Shown one piece after another: positions 48,949 to 58,291 of a stretch of DNA of 64,000 nucleotides. The DNA is from Spirochaetales bacterium (lineage in GTDB: Bacteria > Spirochaetota > Spirochaetia > SZUA-6 > JAFGRV01). The stretch covers positions 31,625-95,624 of the forward strand of contig JAFGKU010000178.1 of NCBI GenBank assembly GCA_016928415.1, read 5' to 3'. Position 1 is the first letter of the stretch, and each line of letters starts with the position of its first letter. The translations under genes were made by a program, and so were the position numbers. The notes beneath the pieces are model-generated. The model was not told the origin of the DNA. It did no database searches and saw only the letters and a list, made by a program, of their open reading frames with translations.

Positions 48949-50349
48949 ATGAAAATGGAGGCAATAAAAGTCATGAAAAAATATCTATTGACTGCCATAT
49001 TACTCCTGGGGGCAAGTTTTTTTGCGTTTACACAAACAATTGGAATTTCTGTATCACCACCCGCCGACGGGAATATTTACGCTACAGGTGAAACGATTAC
49101 GATCACAGCCGTTCCCGATCCTCCTGATTATGCAAAATTCGTGGAATTTTACGGAAACGGCACATTATTATACACTGACAGAAAAGCACCCTGGGAATAT
49201 TCCTGGGAAATTAACCTCTCAGGAGCAATAGAACTTTATTGTGCTATAATTCCCAAGGACCAGAATACACAGGTACAGGAATCCAATACCGTAACAATAT
49301 CCGCGGAAGATCAGACATCATCTGATCCAACCCCAGATCCAACATCCAATCCATCACCACCACCTCCTCCACCTTCCTCCAATATCAGTATTTTCGGTGT
49401 CTGGCATGCCGGCGATCATTACTGCGACTGGAGCGTCGTTCCCGACCCTGACATGGTCAAATTTGATGAGGAAAACCACTGGCTGATAGACAGGGGAGAC
49501 GGGAACGGACCCTCTGTCAATCTGGTCGTACTGACGTTTGTCAATCCATGGAAATTGTTAAATAATATAACGGACGAGTACACAATCAACGGCATACCAA
49601 GAGGCATGACAAAGGAAGTGGTGGAATATTTCAGAAATGCCGGCATACGGGTCATGCTTTCCATTGGAGGTATTACGTATACAGATGACTGGGATGAAGC
49701 ACTGGCTACTGATCCGGTACAGCTTGCGCTTAATGCCGTTGCTGTAGCGGAAAATTTTAATGTAGGGATTGAGATTGATTATGAAAGGGGTAGCGATCCG
49801 AACACAGCTGCCCTAAATACTTTCATATCGACATATCGTGAGGCATTTCCTTATATTCAAAATGGAACTGAAGCTAAAAATTACCTGACAATCGACCTCG
49901 CCGCCGGTGACCGTTACCTGATAGAACTGACCAGATACGCTACAGAAAATTGGCTGGATATAAACAATCCCGTATTAAATTATGCCAACGCCATGGTGGC
50001 CCGGCAGTCCGGCAGCCCCACCGAATGGCAGGAGCACATAGACGGGAAGGCCAACTATAACCCGCAAATACCTCCGCTGAATGCAAGCAAGCTTACAGGC
50101 GGCTTGTACCTGAAGGGAAACCTGGACAACTGCACCGACTTCTACAATTCCGAGCAATACCAATACGCGAATTATGTTCAGACAAGCGGCATGCTCGGGT
50201 ACATGTTCTGGGCAGCCGGCGTTCCCTCCGCAAGGGGAAATTATGTAGGTACTTTTCCACCTGATACCTGTGAACAGGGGATGGGAACAGCTGCCTTTTA
50301 TTTTGATTTTCCCCTGCTGGAAAACCGAACCATCCAGAACTCAAATTAA
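48949..50349 (+). CDS. Secreted protein: Ig-like N-domain, Pro/Ser linker, GH18-like (chitinase-like TIM barrel) domain (tentative)
   Basis: 466 aa. Signal peptide (MKKYLLTAILLLGASFFAFTQ from a probable internal start). Linker SSDPTPDPTSNPSPPPPPPSS. VMLSIGG (SxGG) and FNVGIEIDYE resemble the GH18 DGxDxDWE region with a D-to-E change. Confidence 0.45.
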   Translation: MKMEAIKVMKKYLLTAILLLGASFFAFTQTIGISVSPPADGNIYATGETITITAVPDPPDYAKFVEFYGNGTLLYTDRKAPWEYSWEINLSGAIELYCAIIPKDQNTQVQESNTVTISAEDQTSSDPTPDPTSNPSPPPPPPSSNISIFGVWHAGDHYCDWSVVPDPDMVKFDEENHWLIDRGDGNGPSVNLVVLTFVNPWKLLNNITDEYTINGIPRGMTKEVVEYFRNAGIRVMLSIGGITYTDDWDEALATDPVQLALNAVAVAENFNVGIEIDYERGSDPNTAALNTFISTYREAFPYIQNGTEAKNYLTIDLAAGDRYLIELTRYATENWLDINNPVLNYANAMVARQSGSPTEWQEHIDGKANYNPQIPPLNASKLTGGLYLKGNLDNCTDFYNSEQYQYANYVQTSGMLGYMFWAAGVPSARGNYVGTFPPDTCEQGMGTAAFYFDFPLLENRTIQNSN

Positions 50350-50362
50350 AATCTCAGTAATT

Positions 50363-50413
50363 TCAAAAAAAACCTCAAAACCGTAAATCTCCACGGTTTT
50401 GAGGTTTTTTTAT
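50363..50413. terminator. Bidirectional Rho-independent terminator between convergent genes
   Basis: A8-AACCTCAAAACCG-N10-CGGTTTTGAGGTT-T7. 13-bp perfect stem with A- and T-tracts on both sides. Confidence 0.75.
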
Positions 50414-50432
50414 TGGTTTAACACTTCTTCTC

Positions 50433-50915
50433 TTACTGCTGAAAAAATTTCTGGTCCACGGCGATCGCTGTCAATATGATGATTTCTTTGGGTATGGACT
50501 CGTCCACGGCAACGGAAAACTGGTCCCTGAGGGAAAAATCCTTGGTAATGGCGAACAATTCCCTGTCGCCTTTGTCCCTGGCCACGAAATTCCATGCTGT
50601 CAGGCTTCCCTGGGCATTGTATGCCTTTTCCCCTATCATCAGGCTGAATTTCTTGAAAACGGCGATTAAAGGGAATTTAATGGTCGCTATGACCGTTCCC
50701 AGGTTGTCTTCAATGGTGAAGAGGGTTTTAAGAAAATTACCTTTTAAAATATGGGTAAGCTCTCCCTCGTCCGCACCTCTTTTCATTTCCAGTTTCGGGC
50801 TTAATGTCAGTATTTTCCCTTTGATGGTATTGAGTACTTCCTGTTCACCCTGTTTTTTGACAAGGTAGGTAGCCCCAATGGCCAGTAATTTTTGTGTAAC
50901 CGTCAATAATTCCAT
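50433..50915 (-). CDS. Hypothetical protein, 160 aa (possibly LURP-one-related/tubby-like fold)
   Basis: No signal peptide. Alternating beta-like pattern. Faint resemblance to the DUF567/LOR family. Weak. Confidence 0.35.
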   Translation of the reverse strand: MELLTVTQKLLAIGATYLVKKQGEQEVLNTIKGKILTLSPKLEMKRGADEGELTHILKGNFLKTLFTIEDNLGTVIATIKFPLIAVFKKFSLMIGEKAYNAQGSLTAWNFVARDKGDRELFAITKDFSLRDQFSVAVDESIPKEIIILTAIAVDQKFFQQ

Positions 50916-51045
50916 GATTCCCTCCTATTATCCTAATCAAAATGATAATGGAGGTCCGCGGCATAGTCAAGGAAAAATCAAGTTACCAACGGGGGCGTCC
51001 GGATTCTTGCTTTCCGGAATTGATTTATATATAATAAGGCTTACA

Positions 51046-52404
51046 TTGAAAACAATTGAAAATTTTGAACAGTCTTTCTCCTACCTTGAATCCTTCACCA
51101 ACCTGGAAAAAAAATCAGGCCTGTTCATGGAAGAGAACTACCGGCTGGACCGGATGGTATACCTTCTTGAACACTTTCACAATCCCCAGACCGCTTACAG
51201 GACCATCCATGTGGCGGGAAGCAAGGGGAAAGGCTCTGTATGCCACCTGATGGCCTCGGCATTGACGGAACACGGTTATAAAACAGGTCTTTACACGTCA
51301 CCCCACGTCATGTCGTACCTGGAAAGAATAACAGTAGACAGGTGTTATGTGGACGAAAAGCTGTTCCTGGATATCGTTAACCGCGTTAAAGGGTACATAG
51401 ATACATGGGACCAGGAGTCCCTTCCCTTTTCCGCGCTCCCGACGACATTCGAACTGCTGACGCTGGCCGCCTTCCTCTATTTTAAAGAAGCCGGCTGCGA
51501 CTATGCCGTGCTGGAAACCGGCCTGGGGGGAAGGCTCGATGCAACGAATTGCGCTTTACCGGTCGCAAGCGTCATTACCCCGATTGACCTCGAGCACCAG
51601 GATGTCCTGGGCAACACGCTTGAGGAAATTGCCGGGGAAAAGGCGGGAATCATCAAGCCCAATGTTCCCGTGTTCTCCGCGCCCCAAAAGGAGGAAGTAA
51701 AGCGGGTTCTTACCGGCAGGGCCGGGCAATCCCAGTCAAAGCTTTTTATCCTGGACAGCGAAATACAATCGATTAAAACAAAAACCTCGCTGAAAGGGAC
51801 ACGGTGCCGCATCCTGTTTACAGACGGCGACACGGCTGATTTTAAGCTGGCGCTTATTGGCCGGTTTCAGGGGGAAAACGCCGCCCTTGCCTGGCTGGTC
51901 CTGAAAAATACAGTCCCTGGGCTGACCCTGAAAAAAACCGGCATTGGTTTTAAGAAAGTGAGGATTCCCGCCCGCATGGAACTCATTGACGGCTCACCTC
52001 CCTTTATGCTTGACGGAGGCCACACACCCCTGGCGGTAACGCGGGCATTGGAATCCTATAAAAGCCTGTTTAAAAAAAAGGGCATCCTGATATTCGGGTG
52101 TATAAAAGGTAAAAAAGCGGACGTCATGGCGTCCATCCTCGGTCCGGAATTCGATACCGTCATCATTTCGCAGCCATCCGCCTTCAAGGAAAGCAATCCC
52201 GAGGAAGTGTGGGAAATATTTAAATCCTATAATCCCGGTGCCGTCTTCATTCCTGATGTGGAAAAAGCCTGTACTTATGCCATTGATTTGTCTAGAAAAA
52301 TACTGCCGGTATTTGTCACGGGTTCATTCTATATGGCGTCGGAAGTGAGAAAAGTCATTCTTGCATCAGGGAGAATCCCTGCTGACGCCGCACCTCGTAC
52401 ATGA
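51046..52404 (+). CDS. folC: Folylpolyglutamate synthase / dihydrofolate synthase (Mur-ligase family)
   Basis: P-loop HVAGSKGKGS. Mur-ligase middle-domain motifs (LETGLGGRLDATN, AGEKAGIIK). Start uncertain: TTG at 51046 preceded by AAGG, or ATG at 51127. The ORF-track extension to 50878 overlaps the divergent gene and is rejected. Confidence 0.8.
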   Translation: MKTIENFEQSFSYLESFTNLEKKSGLFMEENYRLDRMVYLLEHFHNPQTAYRTIHVAGSKGKGSVCHLMASALTEHGYKTGLYTSPHVMSYLERITVDRCYVDEKLFLDIVNRVKGYIDTWDQESLPFSALPTTFELLTLAAFLYFKEAGCDYAVLETGLGGRLDATNCALPVASVITPIDLEHQDVLGNTLEEIAGEKAGIIKPNVPVFSAPQKEEVKRVLTGRAGQSQSKLFILDSEIQSIKTKTSLKGTRCRILFTDGDTADFKLALIGRFQGENAALAWLVLKNTVPGLTLKKTGIGFKKVRIPARMELIDGSPPFMLDGGHTPLAVTRALESYKSLFKKKGILIFGCIKGKKADVMASILGPEFDTVIISQPSAFKESNPEEVWEIFKSYNPGAVFIPDVEKACTYAIDLSRKILPVFVTGSFYMASEVRKVILASGRIPADAAPRT

Positions 52405-53092
52405 GAATACCCGCGGCAACGGACACATTGTAGGAATCTATATCGCCTAATTGGGGTATGGTGGCAATGTCGTCGCAGTTTTCCCTCAGAAGTCTTTTTA
52501 AACCCTTGCCCTCACTGCCAAGTACAATCCCCACCCTGCCCTTGAAATCCAGCTCAAATATTTTTTTACCGTCCATATCGGCGCCGTAAATCCAGAACCC
52601 CGCCTTTTTCAACTTTTCAATTCCGTGCGTGAGATTGCTTACAACGGCCTGATGCACGTGTGCATCAGCACCTGAGGATGTTACCGAAATGATGTCTGCA
52701 TTTCTCGCCGTTTTCCTGGCCGTTGTTATAACAAGGTCTGTATTCAATAAATTGGCCGTTCTTAAAATGGCGCCGTAATTGTGCGGGTCCGTAATTTCGT
52801 CTAAAAGAAGGACCAAAGCGTTCGGCCCTATGGAATCCTGCAAAAAAGAATCAATATCACGGACGTACAAGTCCAGGACCTTGTCCGTAACAAATACAAA
52901 TCCCTTGTGCTTCTTATGCCTGCAGCACCTGTCCAGTTCCGAATCATCCACGAACCGGACGGGAATCTGCCTTTCGTTGGCCAGGAAAATCAGAGGGGAC
53001 TTACGGTCCTTTTTCCTGGAAACAAGGAGGGTTCCTTTCGCCTTTTTTAAATGCTCTTCAATTGAATGAATCCCATGGATATAATGCAGCAT
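52355..53092 (-). CDS. rlmB: SpoU/TrmH-family 23S rRNA 2'-O-methyltransferase (RlmB-like)
   Basis: 245 aa. N-terminal substrate-binding IYGIHSIEEHLK. Motifs LVLLLDEITDPHNYGAILRTA, IPQLGDIDSYNVSVAAGILMYE. 3' end overlaps the convergent folC by 50 nt. Confidence 0.8.
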   Translation of the reverse strand: MLHYIHGIHSIEEHLKKAKGTLLVSRKKDRKSPLIFLANERQIPVRFVDDSELDRCCRHKKHKGFVFVTDKVLDLYVRDIDSFLQDSIGPNALVLLLDEITDPHNYGAILRTANLLNTDLVITTARKTARNADIISVTSSGADAHVHQAVVSNLTHGIEKLKKAGFWIYGADMDGKKIFELDFKGRVGIVLGSEGKGLKRLLRENCDDIATIPQLGDIDSYNVSVAAGILMYEVRRQQGFSLMQE

Positions 53093-53096
53093 GAAT

Positions 53097-53522
53097 TCAT
53101 TTTAAACCATATTTCTTTATTTTATCAACCTTGCCGTCAAAATTCGTGTCCTGCTCATAATGTTCGATGTAAATCCCGTCAATCAAAAATATCCAGATAT
53201 CGATTTTTTGATCATAATTGGAATCGATCTCCTGCCGGACCTGTTCCCCCCTTTCAAAATAATTAAAAGTATCCATCAGGCCGTCATAATTGAAATCAAA
53301 TTCCTCCTCCAGGGTTTTACCGTCCAGACTAAAATCCACTATCATGTCGACTTTTCCGTCGTAGTTCCTGTCCGTGCTTACTGAATAGGAATTGTAGTTA
53401 GCACCCGCCGCAATCCATTGATCAGGAATACCGTCGTTATTACAATCCGATTCATATTCGTTATGGCAATACGCGGTAAAGCCCGCAAAGAGCATTACCA
53501 CCATGATAATTAACTGTCTCAT
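53097..53522 (-). CDS. Small secreted protein with five DxNxDG Ca-binding-loop-like repeats
   Basis: 141 aa. Signal peptide. Repeats DCNNDGIPDQW, DRNYDGKVDMIV, DFNYDGLMDTF, DSNYDQKIDIW, DTNFDGKVDKI. They resemble the EF-hand / FG-GAP / TSP3-type calcium-binding loop consensus. Confidence 0.5.
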   Translation of the reverse strand: MRQLIIMVVMLFAGFTAYCHNEYESDCNNDGIPDQWIAAGANYNSYSVSTDRNYDGKVDMIVDFSLDGKTLEEEFDFNYDGLMDTFNYFERGEQVRQEIDSNYDQKIDIWIFLIDGIYIEHYEQDTNFDGKVDKIKKYGLK

Positions 53523-53577
53523 ACATTAAATAATCGGAAAAAAAACTTATTCTTTTAGAAGAAATAAAGACATTGCA

Positions 53578-53616
53578 ATAAAAAAGCTGCCTTGCGGCAG
53601 CCCCGTATTTTTTCTT
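53578..53616. terminator. Rho-independent terminator downstream of the 53629 gene (minus strand), bidirectional shape
   Basis: A6-GCTGCC-ttgc-GGCAGC-cccg-T8. On the minus strand the hairpin is followed by TTTTTTATT. Confidence 0.6.
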
Positions 53617-53628
53617 GGTAAAACCCGG

Positions 53629-54162
53629 TTAAGTGCGGTGTTTATCCAGTTCCGCTATCAGTAAATTTACCTTCTCGGCCAGTGTTTTCAGTTTATCCGT
53701 TTTTCTCAAGCGGATTTTAATGCCTGTTTTGCCGTCAAGGACCTGGGCTATTTCCTTCTCAATTCTGTAGGCCGGCCCCGCTATTTTATGCGAATAAAAA
53801 ATCCCGATTATTGAGATCATCAGGACGATAATCACATTATTGATTAAAATGGGAGGTAATACAATTTCCAGACGGTTTATAGGGGGTAATTCCATCGTTT
53901 TCATTATTTGATTCCCGTCCACCCCCAACCTGGGCTCTCCGTTATCATCCAAGTCCGGTACCTGTTTATAAATAACCAGGAATTCACTGAAAATATTGTC
54001 TCCTGCCATATAATTGATCCAGTAAAAACAGGCAAAACCGCCTGTAAAAATAAGCAAGGATCCTACGATCAGAAGTATAAATGTAGCTATGAATCTGAAC
54101 TGAAAATTTTTGTCAATGACATAATTTCTCCGTTTGTTAAATTCCTTACCCATATGATACAT
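53629..54162 (-). CDS. Hypothetical membrane protein, 177 aa
   Basis: Two to three TM helices (FIATFILLIVGSLLIFTGGFACFYWI; NNVIIVLMISIIGIFY). No known motif. Confidence 0.4.
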   Translation of the reverse strand: MYHMGKEFNKRRNYVIDKNFQFRFIATFILLIVGSLLIFTGGFACFYWINYMAGDNIFSEFLVIYKQVPDLDDNGEPRLGVDGNQIMKTMELPPINRLEIVLPPILINNVIIVLMISIIGIFYSHKIAGPAYRIEKEIAQVLDGKTGIKIRLRKTDKLKTLAEKVNLLIAELDKHRT

Positions 54163-54321
54163 CCTTCTATCTGGAAAAAAAAATTTTTGTTCAATTATTA
54201 TATTCGGACTTTACGGCGAAAAAAGCAAGCTATTTTTCCATAAAAATTAGGTTACTATTCAGGCCATTTTTTAAGCTTATAATTGTCTTTTTATCTCACA
54301 TATAGCTGAATAGACACAAAA

Positions 54322-54687
54322 TCAGGACGCCGGGTATTTCAAAATTTTCTTATAGACAAAACCGCTGATTTTAGAATCCAATTTACCGCTTCTTTCCTTG
54401 AAAAGTCCGGCTACTTTTTCATTTTCAAATACGCCGTCCGGAACAAGGATAGGTGACATCTTTAAATGTCCGGGATGTTCCCCGTCATCAATACGGTTAT
54501 GGACAAATCCGGAATCGCTGTACCAGGTGAGTGAATGTTCATTTTTCACCTTGTCATAACATAACTGGAAACCTATGATCCTGTCTTTTCCGTCAAACCA
54601 GACAATCAAGTCAAAATAATCATCCGAAAACCATCTCCGGACCGGATCGTCAGGAAATTGCCTGACATTTCGAATTTCTTCCAGCAT
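54322..54687 (-). CDS. Hypothetical protein, 121 aa
   Basis: Starts 5 nt after the stop of the radical SAM gene on the same strand. No recognisable motif. Confidence 0.35.
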   Translation of the reverse strand: MLEEIRNVRQFPDDPVRRWFSDDYFDLIVWFDGKDRIIGFQLCYDKVKNEHSLTWYSDSGFVHNRIDDGEHPGHLKMSPILVPDGVFENEKVAGLFKERSGKLDSKISGFVYKKILKYPAS

Positions 54688-54691
54688 AGGT

Positions 54692-56116
54692 TCAACTCAT
54701 TGCAGGTAAATGTTTTTTCGTACTGAACATTGATTTCAGGAGAGTAAGATACTCTTTCTCGATTTTTTGCCATTGTTTATTGATGGCATTGGCATAAATA
54801 CCAATGATAAAGGCCGTTAACCTGCCTCGTAACAGTCTCATGAAGACGTGATGGGGTGCGTAAAACCGCGTGTGGGCGTATATCTGTGCCTTTTGCAGTT
54901 CCCACGGGGTGAAATTCCTTGGTTTGAATTTAACATGATGCGCATCATACTTATCCCAATCCATATCGATAATCCTGTTTTGATTCAGCATGGAATGATA
55001 AAATTCCGTACCGGGAAGCGGCGTCAGAATCATGAACTGTACGGAATCTATTTTCTGCTTAATGGCAAATTCCACCGTTGTCTTGGCATTTTTCGGTGTA
55101 TCACTGTCAAAGCCTAGGACAAACATCCCGTGGATGTGGATGTTTCTTTTCCGGATTTCCTTAATGGCGAATTTAATATCATCAACGGTTTGTCTCTTTT
55201 TCATTTCCTTCAGGGAATCAGGATCAATGGATTCAAAACCGATGTAAAGTGCGGAACATCCGGCCTTTTTCATCAGGTCTAAAAGCTCCTTGTCCTTGGC
55301 CACGTCACAACGCACCTGGGTTGACCAGTTGAATCCCAGTTTGAGGTCAATCATTTTCTGAAGTACTTCCTTGGCTCTCCGGCGGTTGGCAGTGAAATTA
55401 TCATCATAGAAAAACAAATAATGCTTCCTGGGATCATACTGCCGGATTTCTTCAATTATATTGTCAGTAGACCGGAAACGGTAGCCTTTACCGAACATAC
55501 CCGTTACGGAACAGAAATTACAGTCAAACGGACAGCCCCTGGAAGTTTGAATGGGAATTTTTTTTCTCACAAATAAATTCCTGAAATTATGCTGCCCATA
55601 TCGGAGTAATGAAAAATCCGGATGCGGAAGTGAATCCAAATCGGTAATCATGTTGGCCAGGGCATTCTTTTTTATTTTTTTTCCTTCTTTCCAGGCCAAA
55701 CCGGGTACGGTTCTATAATCCCCCTTTGTATTCAATACGTTCACTAGTTTTGGAAGGGCGGACTCTCCCTCTCCCATGATTACGTAATCGGCATGGTCAA
55801 GGGCCTCTTCCGGCATAAAAGTGACGTGCGGACCTCCCATTACAACAGAAATACCTGCAGCCCGGTAATGGTCCGCCAATTTATATGCCTGGAAGGCAGT
55901 GGGAGTAATCGTAGATATGGCGACCAAATCCGGTTTTAGATTCAATGCTATGATTTCTTTTCGCTTCATGAAATAGGCACTGGTTTTATATCCAATATTT
56001 TTCATGATGGTGGCCAGCAGGACATTCCCCAGCCTCGGCAGGTCGTATTTGGAATAAATATGTAAATTTTCATTTTTTGGTTCTAAAAAAACGATATCTT
56101 TTATCATTATTACCAA
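54692..56116 (-). CDS. B12-binding-domain radical SAM enzyme
   Basis: 474 aa. N-terminal cobalamin-binding-like Rossmann region. Radical SAM cluster motif TSRGCPFDCNFCSV (CxxxCxxC). Start may be M4 (MIKDIVF). Confidence 0.8.
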   Translation of the reverse strand: MVIMIKDIVFLEPKNENLHIYSKYDLPRLGNVLLATIMKNIGYKTSAYFMKRKEIIALNLKPDLVAISTITPTAFQAYKLADHYRAAGISVVMGGPHVTFMPEEALDHADYVIMGEGESALPKLVNVLNTKGDYRTVPGLAWKEGKKIKKNALANMITDLDSLPHPDFSLLRYGQHNFRNLFVRKKIPIQTSRGCPFDCNFCSVTGMFGKGYRFRSTDNIIEEIRQYDPRKHYLFFYDDNFTANRRRAKEVLQKMIDLKLGFNWSTQVRCDVAKDKELLDLMKKAGCSALYIGFESIDPDSLKEMKKRQTVDDIKFAIKEIRKRNIHIHGMFVLGFDSDTPKNAKTTVEFAIKQKIDSVQFMILTPLPGTEFYHSMLNQNRIIDMDWDKYDAHHVKFKPRNFTPWELQKAQIYAHTRFYAPHHVFMRLLRGRLTAFIIGIYANAINKQWQKIEKEYLTLLKSMFSTKKHLPAMS

Positions 56117-56328
56117 TCCTTTTTCTTAAAAAATAGCTACTTTGCCGATAAAGCAAAAAAACCTGACTTTACAATAAGAGTACCGATTTTTCAATATTTA
56201 ATCAAGATAGGATCTGAATTATCAAATCATTTTTACGTGAAACTAAAATATGTATCATAACATCGAATTTTGGAAAAACAGCATTATATTCCTTGAATTT
56301 AGAAAAAACTGTGGTAGTATTTGAATTG

Positions 56329-58236
56329 ATGAAAAAAACCAGTCTTCTCATTGTATCTTGTTATATTACGCTCATTTTATTAACAGGTTGTGAGGAAGCT
56401 TTTTTATTTTCTTCAAATGACGATCAATTCAATGATATTATTTTCAATTCATTACAGAATGGAAGCATAATCAATGGAAAGGAATCCATTACATTTCAGA
56501 TTTTATCTTCAGAAGGCTCAAATCCTCCTGAAAAACTGGAGATAAAGTTATCCGCCCTGGACGGGTCACAATTGGGTTCAGAAATAATTTCGCCGGTTCC
56601 CATCAAGCAGGAATTAAAAGTCGTACTACCCGAGCTTGAATCAGGACAATATCTCATTGATTTCTCACTTTCATCAGGCAATTCGAATCTTGTCAGTAAA
56701 AAGGTTTCCTTTTTTTATACAAACTCACCGTATAAAATCACAGGTATTGAATCATTTCCCCCGTCTATCACTCCCGGGTCCACCGTCCTTTTAAAATCAA
56801 TTCTCGATATTCCTGATAAAGCCAATCCCTATATAAAATGGATTCAGAATAAAGTTGTATTATCGAGCGGACTTTTAAGTGAGGGGAAAAATAAAATTCT
56901 ATGGGATGCACCCGAAGAAGAAGGTATCTATATCATAAATGTTGAATTATTTCCGGATAAACCCATTGCCTTTTCACAGGCTCCCATGAAATCTTCCATT
57001 AACATGGAAGTTGAATTATATGTTTCCAACAACCAGCAGAAAGCTTTCCTTGACAGCCTGTATCCAAAAGAATCCTTTTTTACACTTTTTCATTTTGCCG
57101 GTAATTTAAAAAATGAAGGTTTGACAAGAAACGGGCAATATTTCGAAAATCCTTCTCTTATCATTAATAATGCCAAAACATTCGGGAACACAGAATTAAT
57201 CACCTTGAATGATGAATTCGCATATAAAATCACAAAAAACTCAGGTATCCAGGTGGACAATTCAATACTTCCTGTCAAGGAAGGGAAATTCCTGCCTTTT
57301 ACCTTATCCATGGGCTTAATCCTTGACAAGGAGCAGGAAAACAGGAATATACTTAAAATCACGTCTCCGGAAGATGAAAATTTCTTTACAATCAGTATGA
57401 ATAAACAAAGGTTTATACAGGCTCAATTTTCATTTGATCATACAAAATTAATCATTCCTTCCAACATCTACGCAGCAATACTGGAAAATCAAAGGATACT
57501 CCTTTCAATTTCCGTATTTATCGAGGATGATACCCTTAAGATTAAGTGGTTTTTAAACGGAGAACAGAAAGATATCCAGGAAACAAGGATAATCCCTTAC
57601 ACGTTACCTGCTGCGGCCACGACAATCATCGGTGGAGAAAACGGATTCACAGGGATAATTGATGAATTATCAGTCTATTTTAAGGATGGGAAAAACAGAA
57701 ATACCATTCATCCGGATCTTTTCCGTAACGCGATGAAAATGAAGTCCCGAAAAAACCTGGTCTACGCGGAAGGATTCGACGGTTTGTTCATTCCTGACGA
57801 CCTTGTCATGAAAGGGGAAGCTTCCGTTGAAAACGGGATATTGGCATGCAAGAGGAATACCTCTTTGACGCTGCCCGCTATAATCGTGTCTGATAAAAGT
57901 CTGGACGCGTATTTCTCATTTTTAGCGAATAAAAATAAAAACAGTTCCATTCTTCTCTACTGGGAAAATGACGAAAGTCCATTCATGCGTATTGAAAGAA
58001 CCGAAGATTTGAAGGTATACGGGATCGACCACGTTCTTATTATAGATAAACCTTTAGATACCCTTATGATCAGCATTCCCGAATCAAAAAATAATGCCGT
58101 GTTTAGTACGATTGGCAGCAAGGAAAACATATCAATCAAAAGACCGGATACCACGACCACCGGACTGGTTATAAAGATATTAAATAAAGATTCATCGGAT
58201 CTCCTGATCGATTCCATTTTAATTCTGAAAAATTAG
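56329..58236 (+). CDS. Large lipoprotein, unknown function
   Basis: About 635 aa from the ATG at 56329 (MKKTSLLIVSCYITLILLTGCEE: signal peptide plus lipobox LTGC). Ser/Asn/Ile-rich, probably beta-rich. No catalytic motif. Confidence 0.5.
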   Translation: MKKTSLLIVSCYITLILLTGCEEAFLFSSNDDQFNDIIFNSLQNGSIINGKESITFQILSSEGSNPPEKLEIKLSALDGSQLGSEIISPVPIKQELKVVLPELESGQYLIDFSLSSGNSNLVSKKVSFFYTNSPYKITGIESFPPSITPGSTVLLKSILDIPDKANPYIKWIQNKVVLSSGLLSEGKNKILWDAPEEEGIYIINVELFPDKPIAFSQAPMKSSINMEVELYVSNNQQKAFLDSLYPKESFFTLFHFAGNLKNEGLTRNGQYFENPSLIINNAKTFGNTELITLNDEFAYKITKNSGIQVDNSILPVKEGKFLPFTLSMGLILDKEQENRNILKITSPEDENFFTISMNKQRFIQAQFSFDHTKLIIPSNIYAAILENQRILLSISVFIEDDTLKIKWFLNGEQKDIQETRIIPYTLPAAATTIIGGENGFTGIIDELSVYFKDGKNRNTIHPDLFRNAMKMKSRKNLVYAEGFDGLFIPDDLVMKGEASVENGILACKRNTSLTLPAIIVSDKSLDAYFSFLANKNKNSSILLYWENDESPFMRIERTEDLKVYGIDHVLIIDKPLDTLMISIPESKNNAVFSTIGSKENISIKRPDTTTTGLVIKILNKDSSDLLIDSILILKN

Positions 58237-58291
58237 AGCTTACATCAATTCTAAATTTGATAATTTTGAATTGTTTGGTTCCAACTTACAG

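Noticed and set aside
50878-51045. Upstream extension of the folC ORF
   Set aside because: Overlaps the divergently transcribed 160-aa gene and its promoter region. FolC-like N-terminus begins near 51046-51127.
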